Positions 13,253 to 24,033 of a DNA stretch of 64,000 nucleotides are shown in pieces. The position numbers and the translations under genes are program-made. The stretch's first letter is position 1, and each line of letters opens with the position of its first letter. Origin of the DNA: Podarcis vaucheri. Taxonomy: Eukaryota. Location: assembly GCA_965113315.1 (NCBI GenBank), contig OZ220365.1, one strand, 5' to 3'. The notes beneath the pieces are model-generated. The model was not told the origin of the DNA. It saw nothing but the letters and a program-made list of their open reading frames with translations, and made no database searches.

Positions 13253-15175
13253 ATGGTCCTCACCAGGAAAAATTACAAGGACCAAGGAATTCTGCCTAAT
13301 TCACCACAGAGGCCGATGGAACGACGAAGGAGACAAAGTAAAATTACCAGCTACTTTCCCCAAAAAGACTCGAGCAAGAGAACTCTGAATGAGAGTATCC
13401 TAGATGTAGCTATGCCTTTGCCACTTACAGTGCTGGATTGGTCAACACAGTTAAAGGACTTGCAAACAAACAACAAGTGGACAAACCATCCAACAAATCT
13501 GGCTCAAGAACTTGCCATAGCAGAGAATGCTACAAAGGCTAACACAGCCAACACATCCGATGCCAATCCTCATTTGTCACCGCTGGAACTTGGAGGTAAT
13601 CTTTCATCCCACTGGGTGAAAGCCAATGACTGTGGAACAGAAATGTGGGGTGATCATCTTCAGGAGCAGATATACCAGATCTCTAAGGATCTCCTTAACG
13701 TTAAAAAATTTCTAGCGATAACAAACGGGCTGCTCCTGACCCTAGTGGATAACTTCAAACAACATGTGAGCGCTTCAGACCAGAATACAAATCCCCTAGC
13801 CAGCCCGGATCCACCACTCCCCAGTAAACCCCCGAGGAAAAAAGCTGAGCCTAAGAGGAAGAAAAGCAAAAACATGAAAAACCTAAGGCGGCTTAAGACA
13901 ACTCACCGTACCTGTAAAAAATATTGGCAGAAGCTCTTTAACCTTCTTCCATCCCTTTCTACAAGTGGAAAAAACAAATCCAAGTCGAGTGCCATCAAAG
14001 AGACACGTAAAGTAGATACTCCCATAAAAGAATCTAAATCAAGTTCTGAAGAATCAACACCGAGCTGGGACAAAGGAACTGATCCATCTGCAGTCATATC
14101 GCCCCAGAGTCCTCTCATGGCCAGCACAGAATCAGTAGACAGAGGTGAGCAGGCGACCCAAACTATCGAGGGGAACCACTCCTCTCAAGTTCGACAGATG
14201 TTGTGTCCCAAAAGAGAATGGAGTTTAGTCCTAATCCCACAAAAGCTTGTCTTTGCTAATTACCCTAAACCGCCTAGATTTTACGCCAGGTTGGACCGTA
14301 CAGACCACTTTTTGTCTATTATAAGTGGCATTTTACCGGGGGTAGTAAAAGCAACTGACATAGCCGCTATAGAGTATCTACATCAAGATGATTGCTCGGT
14401 ACGAGCACTGATTACTTTTTTAGATCATAATCTGGCCAGTTTCATTTTTAGAGCTAAAAACCTATTCAAAAAAGAAAGAATAGTTCTGTTAAGAATATTT
14501 GAAAATAGAGCACCTGCAACCCCTCTGATAGGGCCCAAGAGCATAGGAGTGGAAGTTCACAAAAGGGAAAAAACCAACCACCAAAACCATCGAAATAGAA
14601 AGCATAAGTTCCAGCAGGATCATCCCCACCAAACAGCACCAAATGAAAAAAAGGAAGCCTCACACCCAACTGGCGTCGAGCCTCCCACGTGGGACAGTGA
14701 GGACTCCGTTTGGGAGGAAGAACTCTCGCTGATAAAGCGATTCTGGTCACTGCATTCTCCAGCTCAAACTGAGATCCTGAAAAGATTTGATTTACTTCGA
14801 AGCAGACTAGAAAAAAAGGATGATCAAGGTGAGACAATGAAGGACCCTTATGTGCAGCCTATATCTCCCAAATGTCTGGTGGATAAGAAGACAGTGGGAG
14901 GCACCTTTAAATGTGTGGACGTGGAATTACAATCAGAGCCCCCTGTGATGTACAATAAAGTAAGACCAAAGCAAGGTGTGAAACCTCAAAGCTCCTGGCA
15001 CAGCTATCTTAAATTGTCTCCGAATGAATTAGCTTCCCCCCCAACTCCAAAATCTAGCCCCAAATCACCAAGAAAAGAGGATCACTACACTCTCTCCAAG
15101 CAGCCAGCCTCGAAAAGAACCAACGGGTGTGTTTTTTTAGACACCAAAGAATTGCTGGACATGGTGGTGACATAG
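13253..15175 (+). CDS. Retrotransposon ORF1 (640 aa; putative coiled coil, basic tracts, possible RRM-like core)
   Basis: Uninterrupted ATG-initiated ORF upstream of APE-RT ORF within the TSD-bounded element; domain calls are by eye only. Confidence 0.85.
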   Translation: MVLTRKNYKDQGILPNSPQRPMERRRRQSKITSYFPQKDSSKRTLNESILDVAMPLPLTVLDWSTQLKDLQTNNKWTNHPTNLAQELAIAENATKANTANTSDANPHLSPLELGGNLSSHWVKANDCGTEMWGDHLQEQIYQISKDLLNVKKFLAITNGLLLTLVDNFKQHVSASDQNTNPLASPDPPLPSKPPRKKAEPKRKKSKNMKNLRRLKTTHRTCKKYWQKLFNLLPSLSTSGKNKSKSSAIKETRKVDTPIKESKSSSEESTPSWDKGTDPSAVISPQSPLMASTESVDRGEQATQTIEGNHSSQVRQMLCPKREWSLVLIPQKLVFANYPKPPRFYARLDRTDHFLSIISGILPGVVKATDIAAIEYLHQDDCSVRALITFLDHNLASFIFRAKNLFKKERIVLLRIFENRAPATPLIGPKSIGVEVHKREKTNHQNHRNRKHKFQQDHPHQTAPNEKKEASHPTGVEPPTWDSEDSVWEEELSLIKRFWSLHSPAQTEILKRFDLLRSRLEKKDDQGETMKDPYVQPISPKCLVDKKTVGGTFKCVDVELQSEPPVMYNKVRPKQGVKPQSSWHSYLKLSPNELASPPTPKSSPKSPRKEDHYTLSKQPASKRTNGCVFLDTKELLDMVVT

Positions 15176-18100
15176 ATCCAGCCCCCCGAAGGGCCCGGGG
15201 CCTAAAAGTGCTGTCCTGGAATATCGCGGGCTGGCACGCCAAGAAAAATAATCAACAATTTTTGTGTTACCTTAAGCAATTTGACATCATCTTCTTTCAG
15301 GAGACATGGCAGAATGACCCTATATTTCTTAATGGGTATAACTGCCACTACCTGCCTGCCTCTCCATCTCAAAGGGGCGGCAGATCTAGTGGTGGCCTAG
15401 CTTGCTTCATTTCCACGGAGCTAGCGCACTCCCTAACAGCCCTACCCAGCTGCAACTCTTTAGCAACAGCCGCCCTACTTAGCTTCAAGAGAACTATTCT
15501 CTTGCTGGTCAATGTCTATATCCCCCCAGGCCAAAAAAAAACCGTTGTTAAGGCTACATGGGCTGAGCTAGAGGCGTTTTTAGAGCCACTCGAATCTATT
15601 TACCCGTCTGCCCTGACCATTGTGTGTGGAGATTTCAACGCTCGTATAGGAACAGATGACAACAGTCTACACACTCATTTCAACCAATTTTTGGACACTG
15701 AAGAACAGACGGATATCGGCGCGACACGTCTGTCCAAAGATAGTAGAAGTAATTTCCCAGGTCTCTGCTTAGTGCAGGCTGCTAGACGGAGGGAACTGCT
15801 GATATTAAACGGCAATATAGAGGGGGACCGCCCCGGGGAATATACCCATTTCTCCAAGGCTGGGGGAAGTATTATAGACTATATCTTAATCTCAAGATTT
15901 GCTCACAGCTTTATAAGGAAGTTTCAAGTGGGCCATAATACCCTGAGTGATCACCTACCTCTAATTTTAGAGCTTGCAGGCGGGCCTTTTGACTATTCTA
16001 TTGCCGAGCCACAATATATACCTTCTGTAAATTTGGATATACCAGCCCCCAAAAGACTCAAATGGTCCCCAATATTGAATGAAAACCTAACCCTCCTTCT
16101 TCAGTCAGTGGAGTTAAAGCTTATTCGCTCCGCTATTGTATCAGGAAATTCAGCAGCTGCGATTATGGAACGCTTTAAATTACTCTTGGAAAGATTGAAA
16201 CCCCATTTAACAACAGTGATACATAGCTCCGCTACAAAGAGGGCAAAGGACGGAGCTAGCTGGTTTGACCTGGAGTGCAGGCAAACAAGGAGACAAATGA
16301 GAACAGCCTACCGGAGATACAGGAAATCAGGGACTGCTCTCCTACTTAATGCTTATATTTATCTGAGACGGTCGTATAAACAATTATTAAGGAGAAAGAA
16401 ACTGGAAGCTGAAAGAGCCGCATGGCACAGGTTGGTTAAGGCATCGCACGAGAAAGATACTACTTGCTTTTGGCGAACCATATCTGGTCTACTGGACCAG
16501 GAGCGCACTAATTCCATCTGTACAGTGGAACCAATGGAGTGGTTGCGCCATTTTCAATCTTTGTTCTATGACCAGGAAGCCCAACATTACAAACTATGCA
16601 TTCAACTGGAGGACCTACCTCATTGGCCAGCAGTAACTCCGAAGGAAGTTGAGAACTTAATCGTACAATTAAAGAACAACAAGGCCCCAGGGAATGATTA
16701 CATCCCTGCCGAACTTCTGAAGTCCAACATTGGCTGGTGGGCCCCCCTGCTGGCGTCTTTATTTTCTTGGATCGACTCAACGGGTTTACTCCCAGATGGT
16801 TGGACTGAGGCAATAATTATCCCAATCTACAAAAAAGGTCCCATGACAGATCCGGCGAGTTATAGACCAATCAGCCTTCTGCCTATACTCAGCAAACTAT
16901 ATGCCAAACATCTTTATACCAAGCTAACTAGCTGGCTGGAAACTGAAGCTATTCTAGCGGAAGAGCAAGCGGGTTTCAGGCAAGGCAGATCCACCATAGA
17001 CCATTGCTTCACCCTAGCCTATTTAATTGACAAATATGCCAAAAAATCCCGTGGGGTGTTATATGCAGCCTTTATTGATCTAAAGGCTGCTTTCGATTCA
17101 ATTCCACGTGTAAGACTCTGGGACAAATTGAGCACCTCTAGCATAGACAAAAGACTATTATTTCTGATCAGCTGTTTATACAAAGACACGGTGCTGCATG
17201 TAAGAACTTCGTTAAATGGCCATCTTATAGGACCAGTTCCTGTCAGTAAGGGGGTCAAGCAAGGCTGTATCCTGGCTCCAGTTCTATTCAACATCTACAT
17301 CAATGATATGGTTAACTGTTTGTCATCTCCGGACTTCCACGCCCCCAAACTGGCTGACAAAGCAATATCAGTGCTTTTGTACGCTGACGATGCGATACTC
17401 CTATCCCGAACAAGAATAGGTTTAAATAGGCTCATAGATGAATTCTCAGCATATTGTAGAAGAGAGCAACTTGCAATAAACTATCAGAAAACCAAAATCA
17501 TGGTTTTTGCAAGGAAACACAGACAGTACAGCTGGAGGATGGATAACCAGACAATTGAACAAGTCAAAGCCTTCAAATATCTGGGTATCGTTTTCCAGTC
17601 GACCGGGTCCTGGGATGTCCACCAAAAATGTGCCAAAGAAAAAGCTGCTCAAAGCATCAAGATGCTGTCCCGCTTCTTCTATACGAAGGGGGGCAGATAC
17701 ATCCCAGCAGCCCTTGAAGTTTATCAAGCAAAACCTCTGGCGCAGTTATTGTACGGGGCGCAAATCTGGACGGGGACCCATTGCTCCAGTCTTGAAACTG
17801 TCCAGTCCAAATTTCTAAGGCAAATACTCGGTGTCCCCCCCTGTGTTCCAAACGCAGCATTGCGACTCGAGGCCTGCCTTCCATCTGTGGAAACTCGGAC
17901 CTGGCAGAGAACATTTAATTATTGGCTTCGTCTTAATCTGAATCCTCCTGGTCTACTGCCGTTAGTAATGCAAGATCCTCACGAAAGCAAGTGGTTTAAA
18001 ACTGTGCATAAAAAACTCCTTACATGCGGTCTGCACTCACAGTCCCTACTATCAATGGGCCTCATCAAAGCAAAGAGTTTAATAGGCCAGCGCCTGAAAG

Positions 18101-18537
18101 ACATCGAACGACAAAACAACCTGACTATCTTAAAGAAACTGTGCCCATGGTATACCTACTTTCCCCCTTCTCATTTTGACTCTCCAGCCTCATATTTGTC
18201 TAAACTAACCATCCCAAAATACAGACGTGCCTTTACATTGGCTAGATGGGATGTTCTTCCCTCTGCTGTACTCGAAGGTCGTTACCAAAAGACCCCATTT
18301 GAAAAACGACTCTGCCCATGTGGAGATGGTAACACGGAAACAGTGTCCCACGTCCTTTTTTCTTGCCCTCTTTACAAAGACCTAAGGAATGAGATTATTA
18401 CTCCACTCATTCTCTCCAACCCCGGCCGTTCAACAGACATTACACTGCATTTTCTATTATCTGATACGAACAGTCAGATAACAGAGAAGGTCGCGAGGTA
18501 CATCGAGAGAGCTGTGAAATTGAGGGCCACCATCTGA
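15058..18537 (+). CDS. Retrotransposon ORF2: AP endonuclease + reverse transcriptase + C-terminal CCHC knuckle
   Basis: APE motifs SWNI, FQET, GDFNA, IDY, SDH; RT motifs YRPISLL, QAGFR, FIDLKAAFDS, GVKQG, YADD, KYLG; CPC-x8-H-x4-C; frame open from 15058 (preceding stop 15055-15057), first ATG only at 16165. Confidence 0.95.
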   Translation, partial: PQITKKRGSLHSLQAASLEKNQRVCFFRHQRIAGHGGDIDPAPRRARGLKVLSWNIAGWHAKKNNQQFLCYLKQFDIIFFQETWQNDPIFLNGYNCHYLPASPSQRGGRSSGGLACFISTELAHSLTALPSCNSLATAALLSFKRTILLLVNVYIPPGQKKTVVKATWAELEAFLEPLESIYPSALTIVCGDFNARIGTDDNSLHTHFNQFLDTEEQTDIGATRLSKDSRSNFPGLCLVQAARRRELLILNGNIEGDRPGEYTHFSKAGGSIIDYILISRFAHSFIRKFQVGHNTLSDHLPLILELAGGPFDYSIAEPQYIPSVNLDIPAPKRLKWSPILNENLTLLLQSVELKLIRSAIVSGNSAAAIMERFKLLLERLKPHLTTVIHSSATKRAKDGASWFDLECRQTRRQMRTAYRRYRKSGTALLLNAYIYLRRSYKQLLRRKKLEAERAAWHRLVKASHEKDTTCFWRTISGLLDQERTNSICTVEPMEWLRHFQSLFYDQEAQHYKLCIQLEDLPHWPAVTPKEVENLIVQLKNNKAPGNDYIPAELLKSNIGWWAPLLASLFSWIDSTGLLPDGWTEAIIIPIYKKGPMTDPASYRPISLLPILSKLYAKHLYTKLTSWLETEAILAEEQAGFRQGRSTIDHCFTLAYLIDKYAKKSRGVLYAAFIDLKAAFDSIPRVRLWDKLSTSSIDKRLLFLISCLYKDTVLHVRTSLNGHLIGPVPVSKGVKQGCILAPVLFNIYINDMVNCLSSPDFHAPKLADKAISVLLYADDAILLSRTRIGLNRLIDEFSAYCRREQLAINYQKTKIMVFARKHRQYSWRMDNQTIEQVKAFKYLGIVFQSTGSWDVHQKCAKEKAAQSIKMLSRFFYTKGGRYIPAALEVYQAKPLAQLLYGAQIWTGTHCSSLETVQSKFLRQILGVPPCVPNAALRLEACLPSVETRTWQRTFNYWLRLNLNPPGLLPLVMQDPHESKWFKTVHKKLLTCGLHSQSLLSMGLIKAKSLIGQRLKDIERQNNLTILKKLCPWYTYFPPSHFDSPASYLSKLTIPKYRRAFTLARWDVLPSAVLEGRYQKTPFEKRLCPCGDGNTETVSHVLFSCPLYKDLRNEIITPLILSNPGRSTDITLHFLLSDTNSQITEKVARYIERAVKLRATI

Positions 18538-20093
18538 GTGACAGACCTGTTCACCCGACGGACCTCCTTTTGTCTGTTCTTTTCTTCCTTTTATCCCTAT
18601 TCTCATTTTTAACTTTTGTACAGCTGTGGCCTGTTGGCTTTGCTAATAAAGTTTTGATTTGATTTGATTTGATTTGAACAATTAAATTGCATCTGTAAAA
18701 CAAATGACTACAGGACAAATCTGTAGATCACATTAAGACATCAACATGCCTGGATCAGCTCTTAGGGCAAGGCTAGATGAGCAGCTGTGGACCAGGTTTC
18801 CTGAAAGGCTGACTTCTCCTCCAATTCCTGGTAAGGGTATTAAAATCAACCAATGAAATCTGGTTAGTCTTGTCAGTTGCCACAGCCTAATGGTTACGGA
18901 GGTGGGATTTTTCACTGGTTGGCCCTGGTGTTAAATGCATTCCCTACTGAAATACAAGAGGTCTCATCTGTATTGTCATTCTGTTGGCTTTGAAGATGCA
19001 TCGGTTTTCATAGACATTCCTTTGATCTCTCTACCTCGGTCCTTCAAAATTGCTGTGTTTTTTTCCATAGGACTGTTTTATTCTGTATTTTAATTATGGG
19101 CATTTTTGTTGAATGCTTGCCTTTTATACTTGTAAAACCACCTAGAAGCCTGTTTTGGCATTTCTAGAAATTGTTTATTATTAGTAATACTGTAATGATA
19201 ACAGGTGAGTTTTAGGTGGCAATACTGTAGGTGCCTGACAGATGTTCATTAGATACACGTTCTAAAAGGCAGCTGCTGCCACACGAATGGCCCTGGTCTC
19301 AGAGGATATAAGATAAACCTCAGGAGCGTACAGCACTGCTTAGGAGTGTCTCTCTTGAAGTTCAAAGTGACAGGGATACATAAGGTAAGGCATTCCAGCA
19401 GTAGAGGAAGTTTTCTGAAAACATTGTAATTGTACTAATGTATTAATTGACAAGAGGAGCTGAATGTGGAACTGTTCTTTCTGAAACTTTGTAATTAGAT
19501 ATTAGGGTCACTTTTCCTATCATAATTGTCAGTCACCCTATATTGAATTGTGGTTCCATCATCTGACATGCTAAGGGTCCAACCATGTGTAACACTAAAT
19601 CTGTTTTTGCATTTAACATGCATGTTCATGTTTAAAAATAAATAAATATGCAAATGGCGGCTGCTGGACGTGCTGGCAATTTTTGGGATCCCAGGTACAT
19701 AGTACCCACAACTAGTCAGCTTGGGTCAGCATCTGAGACAATATATTCAGAAGTTCCTCTAACCCTCACTGAAAGTAAAAAATATATATACAATAATAAT
19801 ACATCAAACCAAAGGACTAGTAGTTTGCTGCTCTTTTGTGACATCCAAAATCAGCTGCCTGAGGCAGCTACTTCACTTTGCATAAAGGTAGGACTGGCCA
19901 TGTATAAAGCCAACTCTGAAGGGGTGTGAGGGGGGAACATCTAAGTATGTGAAATGTTTAGACTTCAGGATATAAACAGAGGGTACATATTAGATTTTCA
20001 CTTGAAAAGTAAGCATTCTCCTCCCCCTTGGTATATCTACTTTCTTTTTATTCTGCTCCTTGTATGGAAGTTGTATGGCACCCCACATGAGTA

Positions 20094-20319
20094 CAGTGGT
20101 ACCTTGGGTTAAGTACTTAATTTGTTCCGGAGGTCCGTTCTTAACCTGAAACTGTTCTTAACCTGAAGCACCACTTTAGCTAATGGGGCCTCCCACTGCC
20201 GCTGCAACGCCGTTGCACGATTTCAGTTCTCATTGTGATGCAAAGTTCTTAACCTGAGGTAATATTTCTGGGTTAGTGGAGTCTGTAACCTGAAGCATAT
20301 GTAACCCAAGGTACCACTG
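20094..20319. mobile_element. Tc1/mariner-like MITE family A
   Basis: Perfect 18-bp TIR cagtggtaccttgggtta, TA TSD. Confidence 0.9.
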
Positions 20320-21805
20320 TATCATGAAGTGTGAGCCTGTTAGGATATTTCTTCCCAAGAAGTCAAGCTATTTATGTGCGTCACAGCAGGGTTGGCATGG
20401 CATCATTTCTGTAGAATCCAAAACCTCCCTAGAGGAACATCATTGCTTGTTCTGAAACAAAACATAAAGCTTTCTGCAAAGTCTTGTCTAAAGTTCAAAG
20501 TTCAGCAGACATTCACCAAATGTAAGTTCACACCTAGAACTCCCCCCCCCCAATTTTTTTTTTAAAAATGAAGTGGATTTTGGCTTATTTTGGCTGAATT
20601 TCAGGGCACTGCTGTCAATCCCAAATTTGGCTAGGAAGACTTCAGGTAAAAACATTCATTCTGGACCAAAGGCAAATAAAGATGTAAGATTCGGTGAAAT
20701 TGAAGTTAAAGCTCTTTTACAGGATATGATAATTCTTGATTTTATTTGGGAGAATGTTTACACTTCTACTCAAATTATATATATTTAAAAATAATTCCAT
20801 TTGTGCATAGGGTTAGGAACATAGGGAACTGGCTGGGGCCACCTAGCTCAGCATTGTCTGCACTGAATGGCAGAAGCTCTTCAGGATTTTAAGCAGGCAT
20901 CACTGAGCTATGACCCTCGCCTCCCCATTTATTAGTAAGAAGGTTTGGTAACTTGGCTTGGACTGGACGTGTCCACCCTACTTGCTAATGAGCCAGTGTG
21001 ATGTGAAAACCTCCATTTGACCAGGAAGTTCCCTGGGTCACCTTGGGCCAGTCGCTGCCTCTCAGGGTTGTTGTGGGGATTAAATGAGGGAGAGAACCAT
21101 GTATGGCAACTTGAGCTCCTTGAATAAAAAGGTGGAATGTGTATGCAATAAGGAAATGAATGAGTTAAGGAGGGGAAAGTAAATTTGTCACCTCCTGTGG
21201 CATGACTGGAAGAACTTGTGGCCTCCCAACTGTTTGACTCTAGTTCTTTTGATTGCAAACGTTCATTTTAGTACAGGCAGGAATTGGTGGTGGCCATGTG
21301 TCCTAGTTTATTGGTGACAATCCTTTGTTTGAAGGGCTGGTCAGGCCCAAGCCTGGTTACAAGATAAAGGATCCTAAGTAGGGAAAGCAGGAGGTGCCTT
21401 GAAGTTTCCCATCAGCTGATAGCAGCTGGACAGCAAACTAAGCAGGCTGTCCCATTTCCCATTGCTGTGGTAAATCATGCAATGTGCTTAAATTATGGCA
21501 ATTATTTCTAAATTTGCATCTATCTCCGTAAATTAGCATATCCAAGTTTTCAGGAAATCTGTATTTCCCTTAGTGGAGACTCCTAGTGGAGTTTCAGATT
21601 TTGTCAAAATGAAGCGGACAAACCAAATTTACCAAAAATAATTTCCAAAAATTAGTGTCTCGGGAGTTGGTTTTTAGCTTAACCCTGTCCCACCTCCTGG
21701 GATAGATAAGTGGAACATGAAAGTACCAGACCCAAGTGACCTGAATTTTTTTTACAGTAGAGTGCAGCACAATATTTTCTAGACTAGATCAGAATGCCTC
21801 AATAG

Positions 21806-22165
21806 ACCAGGTAGGTAGCCGTGTTGGTCTGATGCAGTTGAAATAAATTTAAAAATTGTCCGGTAGCACTTTAGAGAACAACTAAGTTTGTTCTTGGTAT
21901 GAGCTTTCGTGTGCATGCACACTTCTTCAGATAGAGTGACACAGAAGTCACCAGACCCTTATATATAGTGGGAGGGTGGGATGGGTTTTTTCTCAGAATA
22001 GTAGTAGGCGATGGGTGATTGACTCAATGGGTATGGTAAACCTGTTGTCTCATTGTCTCATTACATATGCTGAAGCTATTTTTGGTCATCTGCATACTAT
22101 CCCTTTCTTTTTCCTGTAGGACTAATTGCAGTCGTTAACAGTCGTCAACAGGTTTACCATACCAA
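21806..22165 (-). mobile_element. Short Penelope-type (Neptune-like) pseudo-LTR repeat with hammerhead and internal inversion
   Basis: Family shared with 55304, 56685, 58289; hammerhead core; 18-bp inverted repeat 22030-22047/22146-22163. Confidence 0.7.
21898..21933 (-). ncRNA. Minimal type I hammerhead ribozyme (family 2)
   Basis: Minus strand UAU-CUGAAGA-A-GUGUGcaugCACAC-GAAA-GCUC|AUA. Confidence 0.75.
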
Positions 22166-22647
22166 CATTTGCTCTTGCTTTTCAACAGTTACATTCTGTT
22201 CAATCAGTTCTTTGAAATAAAGAGCAGTGTGCTATGCTATGCGGTTCTGCATCCCCATTCATATTGCTTCCATAGAATATCACAGCACATGCTTCTCTTT
22301 CTTCAGTGTGTTGGAGCACATGTGAAAAACCTCCTCTGTCTGATAATTTGACCTTCTTGTTTTAACCACCCAAGCAAGAAGGAAATATTAATTAGGGAAT
22401 TGTTTTTCTCAACTACAGAACAAGTTGGCTTGCTTAACTAAATAATGACTGGATTCATAGCATGTCATATGTAGGAGACTGCAGTGCTGGCAACTGTAGC
22501 TGCCCACTGATTCATTCCCATCTGTTCTTGCCTTGCAAAACAGTAGGTGAAACAGAGAAGGAAACAGAATGCAATACCTCTGCATAATATGGGATTGGCA
22601 GGTTCCTAGTGGTATAGACGAATTTAGGTGGGAGTACAGGAAAACAT

Positions 22648-22997
22648 TGGACACGGGTGGCGCTGTGGGTTAAACCACAGAGCCTAGGGCTTGCGGATCA
22701 GAAGGTCGGCGGTTCAAATCCCCCGACAGGGTGAGCTCCTGTTGTTTGGTCCCTGCTCCTGCCAACCTAGCAGTTTGAAAGCACGTCAGAGTGCAAGTAG
22801 ATAAATAGGTACCGCTCTGGTGGGAAGGTAAACGGTGTTTCCGTGCACTGCTCTGGTTCGCCAGAAGCGGCTTAGTCATGCTGGCCACATGACCTGGAAG
22901 CTGTACCCCGGCTCCCTCGGCCAATAAAGCAAGATGAGTGCCGCAACCCCAGAGTCGTTTGCAACTGGACTTAACTGTCAGGGGTCCTTTACCTTTT
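22648..22997 (+). mobile_element. Sauria-type SINE
   Basis: tRNA-like head with A/B boxes, (CCTTTA)n-like tail, 13-bp TSD tacaggaaaacat. Confidence 0.9.
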
Positions 22998-23561
22998 TAC
23001 AGGAAAACATAGGCTTAAACTAGCTTTTAATAGAGTCCAGACTTGAAGTAGCTGTTAGAGATACAATATTTTCTCAAATACCAGTAGTGCTATAGTAGTA
23101 AACTTTGAAGAGTACCATGACAGCCCTTAGGAATACATGAAGCTGTCTTATACAATGTCAAGCCACTCACCCATCTAGCTAGACTGGCAGTGGCTTACTG
23201 GGGTTTCAGGCAGAAGAAATGGAAGAGAGAGAAGCTTGAATACAGCAAGAAGGGAAAAACACTGAAAGGAGAAAAAAGGTGGCTGTTTTAAATGGTGGAA
23301 AAAGTTTGTGTAAACTGATTGGAGAGTCACTGAGAGGCGAAAAATGATTTTAAACAATGGTAGAAATTTGAGTAGAGCAAGTGGAGGTGAGACGGGGGAA
23401 GTGGCAGTTTTTAAAAAGTTTGAGTATGGCAAGAAGGGAGTTTAGAAAAGTATTGTATTAGCTTTTTGGTGCAGGCTTTGTGTTGCATCCATTTCTGTTA
23501 TTGGTCCTTGGACTCAGCTGCACTTGCAAATTATATTGTTATAACTGTGTTATAAACATCC

Positions 23562-23578
23562 GTCACCAGATGGCGCTG
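23562..23578 (+). promoter_or_regulatory. CTCF-like motif
   Basis: gtCACCAGATGGCGCtg matches CTCF core consensus. Confidence 0.45.
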
Positions 23579-24033
23579 TAGAGCTGTCATCTGTCACCAT
23601 TGAGATTTTCCATTAAGAGCTTTATAATGCATTTTTCAGTAACTTTTTTTTAATGTGTATAGATCCAGCCCTTGTTTGTTTTCATATAAAACAACCCATC
23701 AGTATTCCTCCATCCTTGCTTTTCTCAAATGTTCTTTCCTCAAGCAATGGGCTAAGGAAGGAGAACTGGAAGTGAGAGCAGTGGCCAAGTCCATCACTTC
23801 CTTCAACAATATTAAATTACTAAACAATAATTAAAACTGATCCATAGCTGTGCCGCTTTATTCCCAGGCAAATACGTTTTCTCTCTGTGTGTGTGGTGAT
23901 GAATATTATTCAGGACGACCTGAAATTCTCCAGTAGTTTGGAGGGAATTCCTCCTGCTACTGACATTTTTTGACATTTTATCTGGAAAATATTTTCTTAG
24001 ATTTTTTGAGCAAGCCAACCCTAAGGAAAGTGT

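Larger units (their letters stand above)
12880..18676 (+). mobile_element. Full-length non-LTR retrotransposon, RTE-X-like
   Basis: 16-bp TSD aacaattaaattgcat at 12864-12879 and 18677-18692; 373-bp 5'UTR; two open ORFs; AATAAA 18645-18650 followed by (TTTGA)n tail. Confidence 0.93.

Noticed and set aside
15127-15129. GTG as the true ORF2 start
   Set aside because: ORF-caller alternative start inside ORF1; frame is open further upstream to 15058; cannot be excluded but has no supporting context
22648-22740. tRNA genes at SINE heads
   Set aside because: A/B boxes belong to tRNA-derived SINEs; no full cloverleaf
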